Position numbers and translations under genes: made by a program
NCBI RefSeq assembly: GCF_006345805.1
Contig: NW_021834558.1
Location: 1-47,542 of the forward strand
From: Octopus sinensis
Lineage: Eukaryota
Length of the DNA: 47,542 bases
Direction: 5' to 3'
Part shown: piece by piece, positions 10,290 through 21,444 of the stretch
How the letters are laid out: each line of letters opens with the position of its first letter
How positions within the stretch are numbered: the first letter of the stretch is position 1
The notes under the pieces: generated by a model
Database searches by the model: none
Told to the model about the DNA's origin: nothing
What the model saw: the letters and a program-made list of their open reading frames with translations, nothing else

Positions 10290-13200
10290 GAGCTGAAACA
10301 CCTCCAAAAATGGTAGAGGAGTAGGAGCTGAAAACGGATGTGGTTCTTCCTGATGATGTCCTTAGTCACTGGATCCTATAAAAGAAATCATAGTGAGGAT
10401 CATTCCACAGTTGAATCAGAGCTGCCAGGAAAAGAGATAGGCATGAAGAAGCCAAAGATTAAGTGGCCAAAGGCAAATGATGCAGCTACCTATAAGAAAT
10501 TTGACAACAAGGTAGCAAGAATGACCACCAAATTCAAAGGGGATTACAAACACAAGCTCGAAAACTTGGCTAACATAATCTATTGGGAAGGAGAGAAAAA
10601 ATCTAGACTTGAAACAACAGGGAATGGAGAATTATCAACAAAGGGATTAGACCATTGAGGAGAGAATGACAGATTGCAAAGATACGAGAAGAGAAGAAAA
10701 ACTAAGAACCAGATGAAAAGATGCAAAGGAGGAGGAAAGAGAAGGGCTAAAACAACTATATGAAGAGATAAAAAAGAGGCATCGAGACCAACTAAGGAAG
10801 GAAAGAAGGAAGAACAGAAGAAAGGAGAGAGAAAAGAACTATTGTAGTTTTGTAAACAACCCATATCAATATGCTAAATGTTTGTTTACTGAAAGTAAGA
10901 GTGGAAGATTAGATTGCACTAAAGAAGAGCTCAAACATCATCTTAAAGAGACATATAGCAACGCTGATAGGAATAAAGTACTCCCAGAAATGCTTGGGCT
11001 AAAGAAACAACCTGAGCCAAGAGTACCATTCGATTTGAGTGACATCAGAAAGAAAGAAATTGATGAGTTCATTAGAAAAGCAAGAGCAAAGAGTTGACCA
11101 TGGAATGACAGAGTTACTACAAGGTCTATGAGCATTGCCCGAAATTGCATTTACGACTATTTGCATTGATAAAAGAATTGTGGAAGAAGAAACATGTAGC
11201 AGAGCAATGGTGTATAGCTGAAGGTATCTATTTACCTAAAGAGAGGAAGGCAAAAACACTAGGGCAATTCAGTCCTATTTCACTGCTAAATATCAATGGG
11301 AAGATCATGTTTGGAATTATTGCCAGGAGAATCATAAGATTCATACAGTATAACAGATATGTTAATGAAGAATCCAGAAGGCAGGAATACCTGGATGCAT
11401 AGAACATACATTTGCCATGTAGAAGCTATCAAAATAACTGAAGAAAAACCAGTACATTGTATGGCTAGATCATTCCAATGCATATAAATCTGTTCCACAT
11501 GCACTAATTCAAGCAGCTATGGACTTCTTTTGGATTCCAGATGTTCAACTAATGCTGATGTGTTATTACAATAAATTAAGGATGAGATTTACAACAGGAA
11601 AGTCACAATGGAGTGGCAATGGCTAGAAGTAGGTATTGCAGCTGGATGCACAATATCAGTCATCTTATTTGTGCTAGTCATGGAGATGTTATTAAGACAA
11701 CAAACTGTGAGAAAGCTGTTACAAAGACACCATTAAGGGCTCTTATGGACGACATTACTGTATTATCAGAAAATAGAAGAGTAGCAGATGGAACATTAGA
11801 GTGGTTGGATGAGCTAATAGTGAGAATGAAATTCAAAGCCAAGAAATCTCAAGGCATGGCATTCGTGAAAGCAGTCCAAAAACAAGTTAAATTCAGGATA
11901 GGAGGTGAAGAAATACCAATGTGAAAGAACAACAAGTAAAAAGTCTTGGCAGATGGTACAGAGATTTATTAAATAAGAAGCAAGGGAAAGAAACATATGA
12001 ATTAGTAGTACAGGGGCTAAAGGTAGTTGACAGGACAACATTACTGGGGAAATTCAAATGCTGGATACTGCAATTTGGACTGCACTCAAGGATAATGTGG
12101 CCATTCATCATCATCGTTTAAAGTCCGCTTTCCATGCTAGCATGGGTTGGACGGTTCAACTGGGGTCTGGGAAGCCCGAAGGCTGCACCAGGCCAGTCAG
12201 ATCTGGCAGTGTTTCTACAGCTGGATGCCCTTCCTAACGCCAACCACTCCGTGAGTGTAGTGGGTGCTTTTTATGTGCCACCGACATAGGTGCCAGACGA
12301 GGCTGGCGAACGGCCACGCTCAGATGGTGTTTTTTTTTATGTGCCACGGACACAGGTGCCAGGCGAGGCTGGCACGGCCACGATCGGATGGTGTTTGTTA
12401 CGTGCCACCAGCACGGAGGCCAGTTGATGCGGTACTGGCTACGGCCACGTTCGGATGGTTTTCTTATGTGCCACCGGCACTGGTACCACAAAACTACAAA
12501 TTCCATTGATGTTCATCAATTTTGATTTGATTTGATTTTCACTTGCCTCAACAGGTCTTCACAAGTAGAGTTATGTGTCCCAAGAAGGAAGGTATGCACA
12601 GGCGGACTGACTACGTCCCAGGTAGGGGCCATGGGTTATGGCGTCACGTGTCCTGCCGGGTCTTCTCGCGCACAGCATACTTCCAAAGGTCTCGGTCTCT
12701 GGTCATTTCCTCGGTGAGACCTAAAGCGCAAAGGTCGTTCTTCACCACCTCGTCCATTGCAAATGTATAAAATAGGTTCGAGTAGAGTAGAAAGGATGGA
12801 ACAAAGATGCAGTGTGTTTATCAGAAAATGGCTTGGTCTTCCAAAACCACTGAATACAATTGCACTATGTGGAATTGCATTCTTATATTCTTCATCGAAG
12901 AATATAAGGCAGGAAAGGTGAAGACAGTAATGAGGGCTAAGGTATTCAAAAGATCAGGACATCTGAGAAAACCCTCTAGAGTTATGAACAGGGAGGAAAT
13001 GGAAAGTGGAAGAAGCAGTAAACAATGCAACCGGAAAGCTATGGCATGCTGATATAGTCAGAGTAACACAAGAAGCAAGAGCCAGTCTAGGGTTGCAAAA
13101 TTTCAAACCATTTTGCATGAGCAGTTTAAAAGAGATGAAGGAGGCAGCGGTACACGAAGTAAGAAAGGAAGAAAAAGAAAAGTAAAATGTACATTTGGCG

Positions 13201-14580
13201 CAATTTCAGGGAAGGTGCCTGAAATGGGAGGAATATGTGGTCAGTCGCAGAATCTAATAGAGGTAACTTTGGGCTTGGGAACAAGCAAGAACATCTTTCC
13301 TGATTAAGTCTACCTTCGACGTTTTGTTTTCATTGGCCAATTTAGTCCAGTGGAATCTACAAATGACTGATGAATGTAGATGTGGAGAGAAAGTGATAGT
13401 GAGACATATACTGTCAAACTGCAGGCTAGCACTAGACAGTTATACTAGGCATCACAACCAAGTCCTCAGTGTTATAAGTGCAGCACTCAAAGAGAAGATT
13501 GAGGGATATAATAGTGGTGAGTACCCAAAATTGGAAAAATATTGAAGGATATGCTTCCAGGAAGGAAAAGGACATAAGATCAGGCCTTCAGAAAAAGTAT
13601 ATGAGACAGATGAAAGATGGAAGGGATACTGGAAGCTGGCTGTGAATTTGGAAAGATTATTAATATGTCCACTAATAAAAACAACAAAAGACTGGGCTTA
13701 ATCCTATGGAATACAGACTGAAAAATTGGAATTTAGCAAGAGCTGACAGTGCTGTGGGAAGAGAACATTGCTAAGGAGAGGAGGTATGAGAAATTAATTG
13801 AAGAGTGTGGGGAACAGGGGTGGACTGTCAAGTATTACCACTTGGCAGTGGGGGCTAGAGGCTTCAGTGAAAGGAAAATGACAACATTATTTAAAAGAAG
13901 ATTTTCATTTTTGAGCACAGAACTGAGAAAAGTAATAAGGAGGATACAGGAGTCAGTCAACAAGGCCAGCTTATATAACTGGCTGAAATGAGAAGACTCA
14001 AAATGGCTTGAAAGCCATAATATGCTGACTGGAAAATAACGCTACCAGGTGAGGCTAGCTGGCACTTATACTGTGTTGTTGCTTGACAGGTGGGCCAAGG
14101 GAACCATTTTCTTCATTGCACGCCCTCCTCCCCGATAATTCGAAGGCTTGTACCATGAGACAGCTAGTTGGTTCTGGCTGCTGGAGCTGAAACTCACACA
14201 ACTCTGTTGGAAGGTAGATCTAGAGAAGGTGCAGGCCAAAACTAAGTGCCCTTCCCCTCCATTAGTCAGTAGACTGCACCATGTGGCAGTTAGTTGACAG
14301 GCTGTTAAAGCTTAGATTATGTAACTTGACAGCTGGCACTGGCTGCTGGAGCCTACCAGCGAGTATTTAAAGAGAAATTTGGCAGGTCATTCACCCACTG
14401 ACATTCGTTGATACTGCATGGAAGACAATGCAACCAAAGAACAAGGGTGGCGGCCACCACGTCAGAAAACAGTGGAGGAGTAGGGGCTGAACCAGACAGG
14501 GTTCCTCTTGATGATGTCCTTAGCCACTGGACCTTATAAAGGAGTTGTTGAGTTAGTGAACCATGAAACACGGTTGGAAT
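10290..14580 (+). mobile_element. Degenerate HERO-like non-LTR retrotransposon (RT, CCHC, restriction-like endonuclease), interrupted by an RTE copy
   Basis: Frameshifted fragments in order: IKWPKAND; QF.PISLLN; WLD..NAY.SVPH; GIAAGCTISVILF; ALMDDIT (DD 11748-11753); GKFKCWILQ.GL.SRIMWP; CRC..HILSNC (13375-13422); HHNQVL; KR(LG)LILW...ELTVLWEE...VGARGF. HERO assignment is from recalled family motifs, and the ends are approximate. Confidence 0.85.
12106..12753 (-). mobile_element. Young 5'-truncated RTE LINE (ORF C-terminus, 3' UTR, (GAT)n tail) inserted in the HERO-like RT
   Basis: TSD CCATT at 12101-12105 and 12754-12758. Removing it restores SRIMWP-LQMYKIGSSRVERMEQRCSVFIRKWLGLP. The - strand reads DEVVKNDLCALGLTEEMTRDRDLWKYAVREKTRQDT*. 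CpG-rich. Confidence 0.92.
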
Positions 14581-15329
14581 TCCTCCTTTGTGCTTCAACG
14601 AATGACATAAGTTTTATGTGATATATATGACTTTGATGCAATCCTGGTTCAGCTCTGATTTAGCAGAACAGCCAGATGTGTATCAGAGGTTTCTTGTTCA
14701 GCTATACCAATATTATTTGTAGCTGAGACTCATGCTACACACTCCAACTTACTGTACTTAATTATATAGGTTGAAGTAACCGTATGGACATGTACTTTCT
14801 TCATTGTCCAGTTTATTTCAGTACATCTAAAGATTCTTATGGAGAAATCAATGTGCAATAGCTACTGTTCTTCTCTACTTATTGGATGTATGCATTCCAA
14901 CATGATGTTTGAAGCTTTTGATGAATATACTATTTTTTGTGTGTATGTGAATGTCTTATGTTTATCTGAACTGACCACAAAGAACAGTGTTTTCAGAATG
15001 ATGTTATGACATGTTTGAATTTTAACAGTTCTTCCCTCAGTTGGTCTTAGTTTTATGATTCTTGTTGATATTTTGTCTTAGAGAGTAACTTAAGCTTCTG
15101 TACATTGCTCTATGTTGAACTGGAGTAAATGGTGCACCATGGCAACCAAGAACAAAACAAAAGGAAAAACAAAGACACCAAATAGGAAAAACCCAACTTA
15201 CTTCCAGGAAAGTAGTTTACATATTCAATAAGATACATCAGAGACAAACCAATAAAAAAAACTGCTCTCGTCCCTAATGATTGCCATGGATACAACTGCA
15301 TACCAGGATCATGTGTCCTGTATGAACCA

Positions 15330-15740
15330 TATTCACAACAAACACCAACAAATCTTTGGTACAATTCACTGCTGGCTAGTTTCCCACTGACAATGCTCCA
15401 GTGGTTCAAATCAGGAGAGCTAGGAGGGCCCATGATCACAATTCTGTGTCTTGTCAGAACTGTTCTCTCTTCATCATGGAGAATTTTCACCTGATACCTC
15501 ATGTACCACACATTTGAGAGAGGATTCTACCATCTTGAGCTACTCCTTGATGGTCCTCCTGTCTTGGACCTACTGGATGAATTTGAACATCTTGACATCT
15601 GAACATGGAGGACTTGGCCATGTTGAAGAAGCTGGCAATCTTCCAAGTCAGTATGGTTGGCAACTAGGGCATGAACATAGCATGCTTTTTTGTTCTCTGT
15701 GTCAGGCTGGAATCTGTCATATTGATGTTTTCGACATGAG
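15330..15740 (-). mobile_element. Heavily deleted Tc1/mariner-superfamily transposase remnant
   Basis: PPSSPDLN motif in ORF 15110-15511 resembles the WPPxSPDLNP motif before the third catalytic residue. The upstream IASFFNMAKSSMFR looks like an HTH segment. Confidence 0.45.
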
Positions 15741-18520
15741 AAATGAAAAAGTTGAAATTTGGCACAGGCTATGCAAAATTAGGTTCTCCTTCATTTATAT
15801 CATATATTGCATTCAATTTATGGTGACAACTCTTATGTTCCCTCTCAAATTTACCATTTATGAATTTATACATTTATGCCATAGCATTAAGGGAGAAACC
15901 AGCCTTAATTGCATGAGGGCAATAGCTCATTATATGTCAACTTCTGTAGAAAACAAAATTATTCTTTCTAATGAAGTATAAATAATTTCAGGCAAATGTT
16001 ATAACTTAGTAATACATTGAAATGCCTGTTATTACATATGAATTCACATGTTAAGATTGATTTCCTTTATATCTCACATTTGAAATTACAAAACTAAAAT
16101 ATAGCATATATGGTGATATGTTCAGCATGAATGTCTCCAGTCTTTGAATGACTATTCTATTCCCACTAGCTGTTGAACATTAGTTTGCTCTATAGCAAAA
16201 CATCACATTTATTCTTATCCTTCCTTATTTCTACATCTTTGCTTACCCAAGTCAGTTGTATCAGTTAAAATTACCTGATGCTCTTTTGAATTCTGAAACC
16301 ATCAGGATAAGCCTGAACTTTGGCATCACCATGACCATAATATGCACCATTTTCAGCTAATATAAATTCTTGTCCATGTAACATTTTATTCTATCTTTCC
16401 ATTTCCATGGTTTTTCACTTACTCCTTCCATTATCTTGAATATTATTCAGTATAATTAGTGTAATTACCCAACCACTTAGCTTGTTTATTTGTTTTCTCA
16501 CATTGATTTCAAGCCACTGTTGATTTTTCATATAATTCATGGTTTAGCCAAAGCATCATCATTGTTGTAAGTTAAAGAAAAACAATGAAAACTCTGTTAT
16601 TTACTGTAAATATTTCATTTTGAACTTTTCAATTAAGGTTTGTTAAAAGTGAAATATTAAATCAGCTGATTTTGCCCTGAATCATTATGTGGCTTTTATC
16701 TCATGCTATCACACCTAGAAATGTTGTTATATCAAGTATTTCTTAATGACATTCCTTCATTTGAAGTCCTTTGGGTGTTTTTGGTGACAAGCCTAACATG
16801 CTTCCCAATTTAACATTACTATCTGCTCTTTGAAGGTTGTTGATGAAGTTTACTCTGTTGTAAACATTCAGACCAACCCCCAAGTTCATCCCCATAACTA
16901 TGTTTTGCTTGCAGATGTTAAAATTGGGCATTAATCTCACCAGTCTAGAACTAATTGCATGGGGCATGGGAACTAAACTCCTCTTTCAATTAATTTACAT
17001 GAACAAACTTTTAACTAGTGGAATGTAATGTACAGAAGGAAGGGATTCATTCAAAGACTCTGTTGATTACTTGTACAATGCATGATTTATCTATTATTAG
17101 TCAAAGGGAAAGAGGCAGTACCCATGACTACTGCAGGTCCTCCCAGATTGGTGTGATTAAGAGAATGATGTTTGAGCTTTGGCTAAAATTACAATAGTTG
17201 TAAGAAAGAAAGATTGGATAAAGGAATTAACAGAATAAGACATCAAAAAGAGGAAGATAATTGGGTGGCCCTACATGGAAGGAGTATAAAGCTAGCTAGT
17301 TCAGAAAAGTAGATAGAAGAAAAAGTATGTCTGTGGGCTAATGGTTGCAGCATATTCATGAGTGTCTCCATTATTATTATATTTGAGAATGTAGCAGTTT
17401 TCAAGGATTTTGTGCATTATTTACTTGAAGGCTGGTCATACAAGACTGTTTCCCATATATGTATAGTGATTGGTCTTGATGCTATCAAAAGAGACTAAGG
17501 TGTTAAGTTCTCATTGAGCATGTTTTCAAGCTCTCTGTTTATTGACCCAGTATATATGACATATCTAAACTTTACGTGTTGAGTGGGGATTAAGGACTGT
17601 GTGTTAACTAAATAACAGGAGTTTTTTTGTTCAAATCAGTTGAAGATAATTGTGAGAAAGAGGGTTGGGTGGGTAAAATCAGAAATTAGTCATTGAAAGA
17701 ATTTGATAGTGTACATTGAGCGAGTATGTAGGATGCTTGTTGGGTGGGGTTATTCCTATTTCTATAACACGTATATTTGGTGGGATTAGTTGAAGGGATT
17801 TATGAGTGCTAGGGCCCTAATTGTTTTAAGTTTATGTAAGATATGTTTCTCAGTCAGTATAGCCTATCTTTAGCAAGGGAAAGTAACTTGTGAGTATTTT
17901 TTTTTCTGTTTCTGTCTGAGACTTTTGACAGAAAAAAAACCAATCTAACCCATGCCAGCATCGAAAAGGGGATATATAACACTAATGATAATCATAGAGA
18001 TAAATTACTTATTTGAAATTAATTAGAGTTGTTTAAAATAGCTGACATAAGCATTCTTCATATTTCAGCAGAAAAAAAAATTTTACCCCAGAAAGTTTAA
18101 CTGTAGTTAAGGAAAGGCTTGAAAGGAGAAGAGGTGAGATGTAACATGTTAATGGTAGGAATGAATTCAATAGTACAGTCTTCAGTATGATATTGCTGAT
18201 AATAATGTTTTCTAACATAGGTAATGTCACACATTTTGTGGGAGAGTTATTGTTGATTATAAACTGACCTTGAAACAAAATATTGCAAGGTGTTTTGTCT
18301 GACATGCTGCCATTTCTGTAGAAAACATTTACAATAAAACATGAGCATTTATATATGTTGGTGTTGTTATTTAGGTAGTGTTTGCTGTAAGGGAGATTTG
18401 GTTGAGTGAGCATGCAGAGACTCCCTTGTTGGTTTGCATTCATAAAAAGCTACAACAGCTAAGGCACAGCCTCTAGGGATCAATTGATTTGCTTGAAATA
18501 ATAACAAAATCTCCTTTGGA

Positions 18521-19114
18521 TCACTTTCTTTTATTTTATTTTTTTTGTTTGTCATTTGACTGCAGCCATGCTGGAGCACTGCCTTTAATTGAACAAATTG
18601 ACACCAGTAAGCCTAGTACTTATTCTATCGGTCTCTTTTGCTGAACCTCTAAGTTACGTGGACGTAAACACACCAACATCAGTTGTCAAGTGATGGTTGG
18701 GGAACAAACTCAGACACACAAACATATACATACGGAATGTAAAGAGCACCATCCAAACATGATCGTTGCCAGGTCTGCCTGACTGGCTCCTGTGTCGGTG
18801 GCACGTAAAAAGCACCCACTACACTCTTGGAATGGTTGGTGTTGGCATCCAGCTGTGGAAACTTTGCTATATCAAATTGGAGCCTGGTACAGCTGCAGGC
18901 TCTCCAGACCTCAGTCAAACCTTCCGACCCATGCCAGCATGGAAAACGGGCGTTAATCGATGATGATGATGATATATATACGACAGGCTTCTTTCAGTTT
19001 CCGTCTACCAAATCCACTCACAAGGCTTTGCTCAGCCTGAAGCTATAGTTGAAGACTAAACCTGGAACCATGTGGCTGGTGAGCAAGCTACTTACCACAC
19101 AGCCACTCCAGTCT
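18521..19114 (-). mobile_element. tRNA-derived SINE interrupted by an RTE 3' fragment
   Basis: The - strand head GGAGTGGCTGTGTGGTAAGTAGCTTGC...CACATGGTTCC is tRNA-like (A box, partial B box), followed by a core (TTGTGAGTGGATTTGGTAGACGGAAACTGAAAGAAGCC). The body continues left of the 18734-18973 insert. Boundaries are approximate. Confidence 0.75.
18734..18973 (+). mobile_element. RTE LINE 3' terminal fragment (~240 bp) with (GAT)n tail
   Basis: Homologous to the reverse complement of 12106-12330. Ends CCCATGCCAGCATGGAAAACGGGCGTTAATCGATGATGATGATGAT. Confidence 0.85.
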
Positions 19115-19883
19115 AAAAAAAAATTGAAGTGTGTTAGATAATGTATTCCCAGATTCACTAAAACTGAAAAATAGGAGATCTCAGCTAGAACATCTTTGCT
19201 CAGTCATAGCTAACTATGAACTAAATGAGCTAAGGAGGAGCTTCTTTGCAGTTGTTCAACCTGCTAGAAATAGTAACCAAATCTTTAAAATAGAAAGTTA
19301 CATAAAAAAAAAGTGTAGCCCTGAATACACTGCGCATGAAAAAAAGATGGTCACATCTGGAAAGCCTTTATTATAAGTTTGAGGCTAAACAACAGACTGA
19401 AATAGGAATTATCCGGCAAGCTAGCGCTACAGGTAGGACTAGTCATAGGACTGAAAAGTGTAATATGATATAGCAATTTTATTAGGGAGACGAATTTACA
19501 ACATGTACTCAGGTTATCTCTATTTCAATTCATTGAGAAACAAAGCTGCTGGGCAAATTTGAATTGCCTCTTCTCTTAAATAGGAACATAAATAAATGAA
19601 ATAGGCGCCGTAAACCATTTAGTATTGTATAAATTACTGATATAAAAATTACAAAATCATTATAATGCTCCTGAGAAAATATGATACGAGTTAAGAAACA
19701 ATATTACTGTAGCTAAACAAAGATAGTATTCAAAAGTATGTTAATGGAAGTATTGAGAAGTTGGGAAATATACGATAGGAAATTCTGGTAAATGAGTAAA
19801 TACCATATTCAGGAGATGTTAGCAAAATTAAAAGAAAAAGATATCCCCCAACAAAATTATATGTTTAACATTTGGTTACCTAC

Positions 19884-19917
19884 GTTTCAGAGAAAGCTTC
19901 TTGCTCTTAACAGCCAT
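19884..19917 (-). CDS. MORN2: MORN2-like, putative first coding exon
   Basis: ATG at 19917-19915, encoding MAVKSKKLSLK + C then GTaggt. Phase 1 joins exon 2 as C|AA = Gln. It lies in the CpG-retaining zone next to the DLAT start. The exon is short, so it is supported mainly by phase and position. Confidence 0.6.
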
Positions 19918-20352
19918 CGTTATGTTGTCATAGAAACAATTGCTATGAAAACTTTATTTTCGTAGTTATTAAGTAGAATTTAGGGTTAATCTTTTCAAAA
20001 TTGTCTGAAATGATATATAGAATGTTATTTTATAATTTACTATGATATACAAAGCTTTAAATATGATTTAGCTATTTATTCTAATTTCACCTTAAAACGA
20101 TTTTAGAAAACCGGTTATCAGCATCTGTTGTTTCGTATCTCACTTCCACATAAATTATTTGTCTAAAATATTGAAATAATTTATCTATATAAATTATCAG
20201 AATTATTTAAAACCAGTTTTTAATATATTATATAATATTTCAATTAATTTGTAGAAAGTGGGTGATTCGAGTGGAGTTGCGGTGTGTGGTTTCAGCTGAC
20301 CTTGACTGGTTGGGTGTCGAAGCCCCGAGGACTCCGAGATTGTTGTTACACA
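19918..20352. promoter_or_regulatory. Putative bidirectional promoter and 5' UTRs shared by MORN2-like (-) and DLAT (+)
   Basis: 435 bp between divergent ATGs, no recognisable repeats, local CpG retention. TSSs cannot be determined from sequence. Confidence 0.6.
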
Positions 20353-20471
20353 ATGTTTCGTTCGGTGGTCACTGCGAGGTCCATCCTCAATACAACTGTT
20401 GAATATGGGTTTCGTCGATTAACATCTAGGTGTTTGTGTGCTAATTTTAAGTATCGATATGTTTTATCAAG
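20353..20471 (+). CDS. DLAT: DLAT (PDH E2) exon 1, mitochondrial targeting peptide
   Basis: MFRSVVTARSILNTTVEYGFRRLTSRCLCANFKYRYVLS(S): Arg/Ser/Thr-rich with almost no acidic residues. Donor AG|GTtggt, phase 2, matches exon 2. Confidence 0.72.
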
Positions 20472-20588
20472 GTTGGTATTGTTTCAGTTTTGTACCTCAT
20501 CACTTTATGATTTATGTCCTTACTCGTCTGCTTGTCAGCGACCTATCAGTTAAGGGAATTATTCCAAAGCATGATTGTATTTTTTCTC

Positions 20589-20589
<1 letters not shown>

Positions 20590-20622
<33 letters not shown>

Positions 20623-20643
20623 GTAAACATATATATATATATA
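20590..20643. repeat. Interrupted (TA)n microsatellite in DLAT intron 1
   Basis: (TA)15 at 20590-20619 plus a second TA run to ~20643. Confidence 0.95.
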
Positions 20644-21444
20644 ATAAGCGTTTCGCGAAAATTCTTTTGTCCCATTTTAATAGAAATTTCCTACTTGTAC
20701 TTGAATGTTTTAATTTATACAAGATCAGTTATCTATATAGCTAATAAATCCTAAAAGGAGGAAAAAATACTGTCATACTTACAATAGAAACAACCTGATA
20801 GACAACAAATAATTGCTGTATATCATATTCAGTAGTTTTAGCCGTAATATTTTATCTGAGGCTATACTAAAAAGAAAAACATTTCATGTATCATTTACAC
20901 ACGTAATGAATTTATAAGTTTTTTTTTCTGTTTGATCTCCACTGCTTATACTGTTAAAATTTAAATCAGTTCCTGAATTTCCTCTCATAAATATGTTTCA
21001 ACGAATTAAACACACACTGTAAATATTGTCTATTTGTTTTATTGCATCTTAATAATATAGTGAACATTGACAAATAATTATTCCCGTTTCACAGTTTCTT
21101 TAAAGCATTTTGTCGAAATCCTATAACACCCTATTCAATTTTAATTCACAGTTAACCAAGTTCACATTTCCGTTTCGTGTAACTCAAGTATTTGTTGCTT
21201 TATAATAAACGAGCTCTGCGAATTAAGTCGTTATTTTCCGAAGATTTCTTCTGAAAAATCAAGGAATGTCATCTTGAATGACCTTCGCTCTTTGCAATTT
21301 CCACTTATCTTTTTAGGATAGTTGTCAATGCCAATTTCACATATAGGTATACTGTGTATATATATATATTATATATATATATATCATGTGCAATATATGT
21401 TATATAACTTATGCAAATCCATTGCCGGAGTGAAAATATTTTGA

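Noticed and set aside
10350-10356. C/D-box snoRNA (TGATGA C box), also at 14509 and 22274
   Set aside because: Antisense to the host MORN2 intron for the first two. No properly spaced D box with terminal stem was found.
12270-12482. CRISPR-like repeat-spacer appearance (also 26020-26300 and 40140-40430)
   Set aside because: The repeats are degenerate, the spacers are homologous to one another, they lie inside RTE 3' UTRs in a spliceosomal-intron genome, and there are no cas genes.
15451-15981. 176-aa ORF (longest in the track) as a host gene
   Set aside because: No recognisable domain, TTG start, antisense to a decayed Tc1/mariner remnant, and no splice context.
16140-18500. Possible Penelope-like or other retroelement remnant on the - strand
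   Set aside because: Only vague resemblance in translation. No diagnostic RT or GIY-YIG motif could be read, and a profile search would be needed.
20452-20459. DRE-like palindrome TATCGATA near the DLAT start
   Set aside because: It lies inside coding exon 1, and an AT-rich 8-mer is expected by chance.
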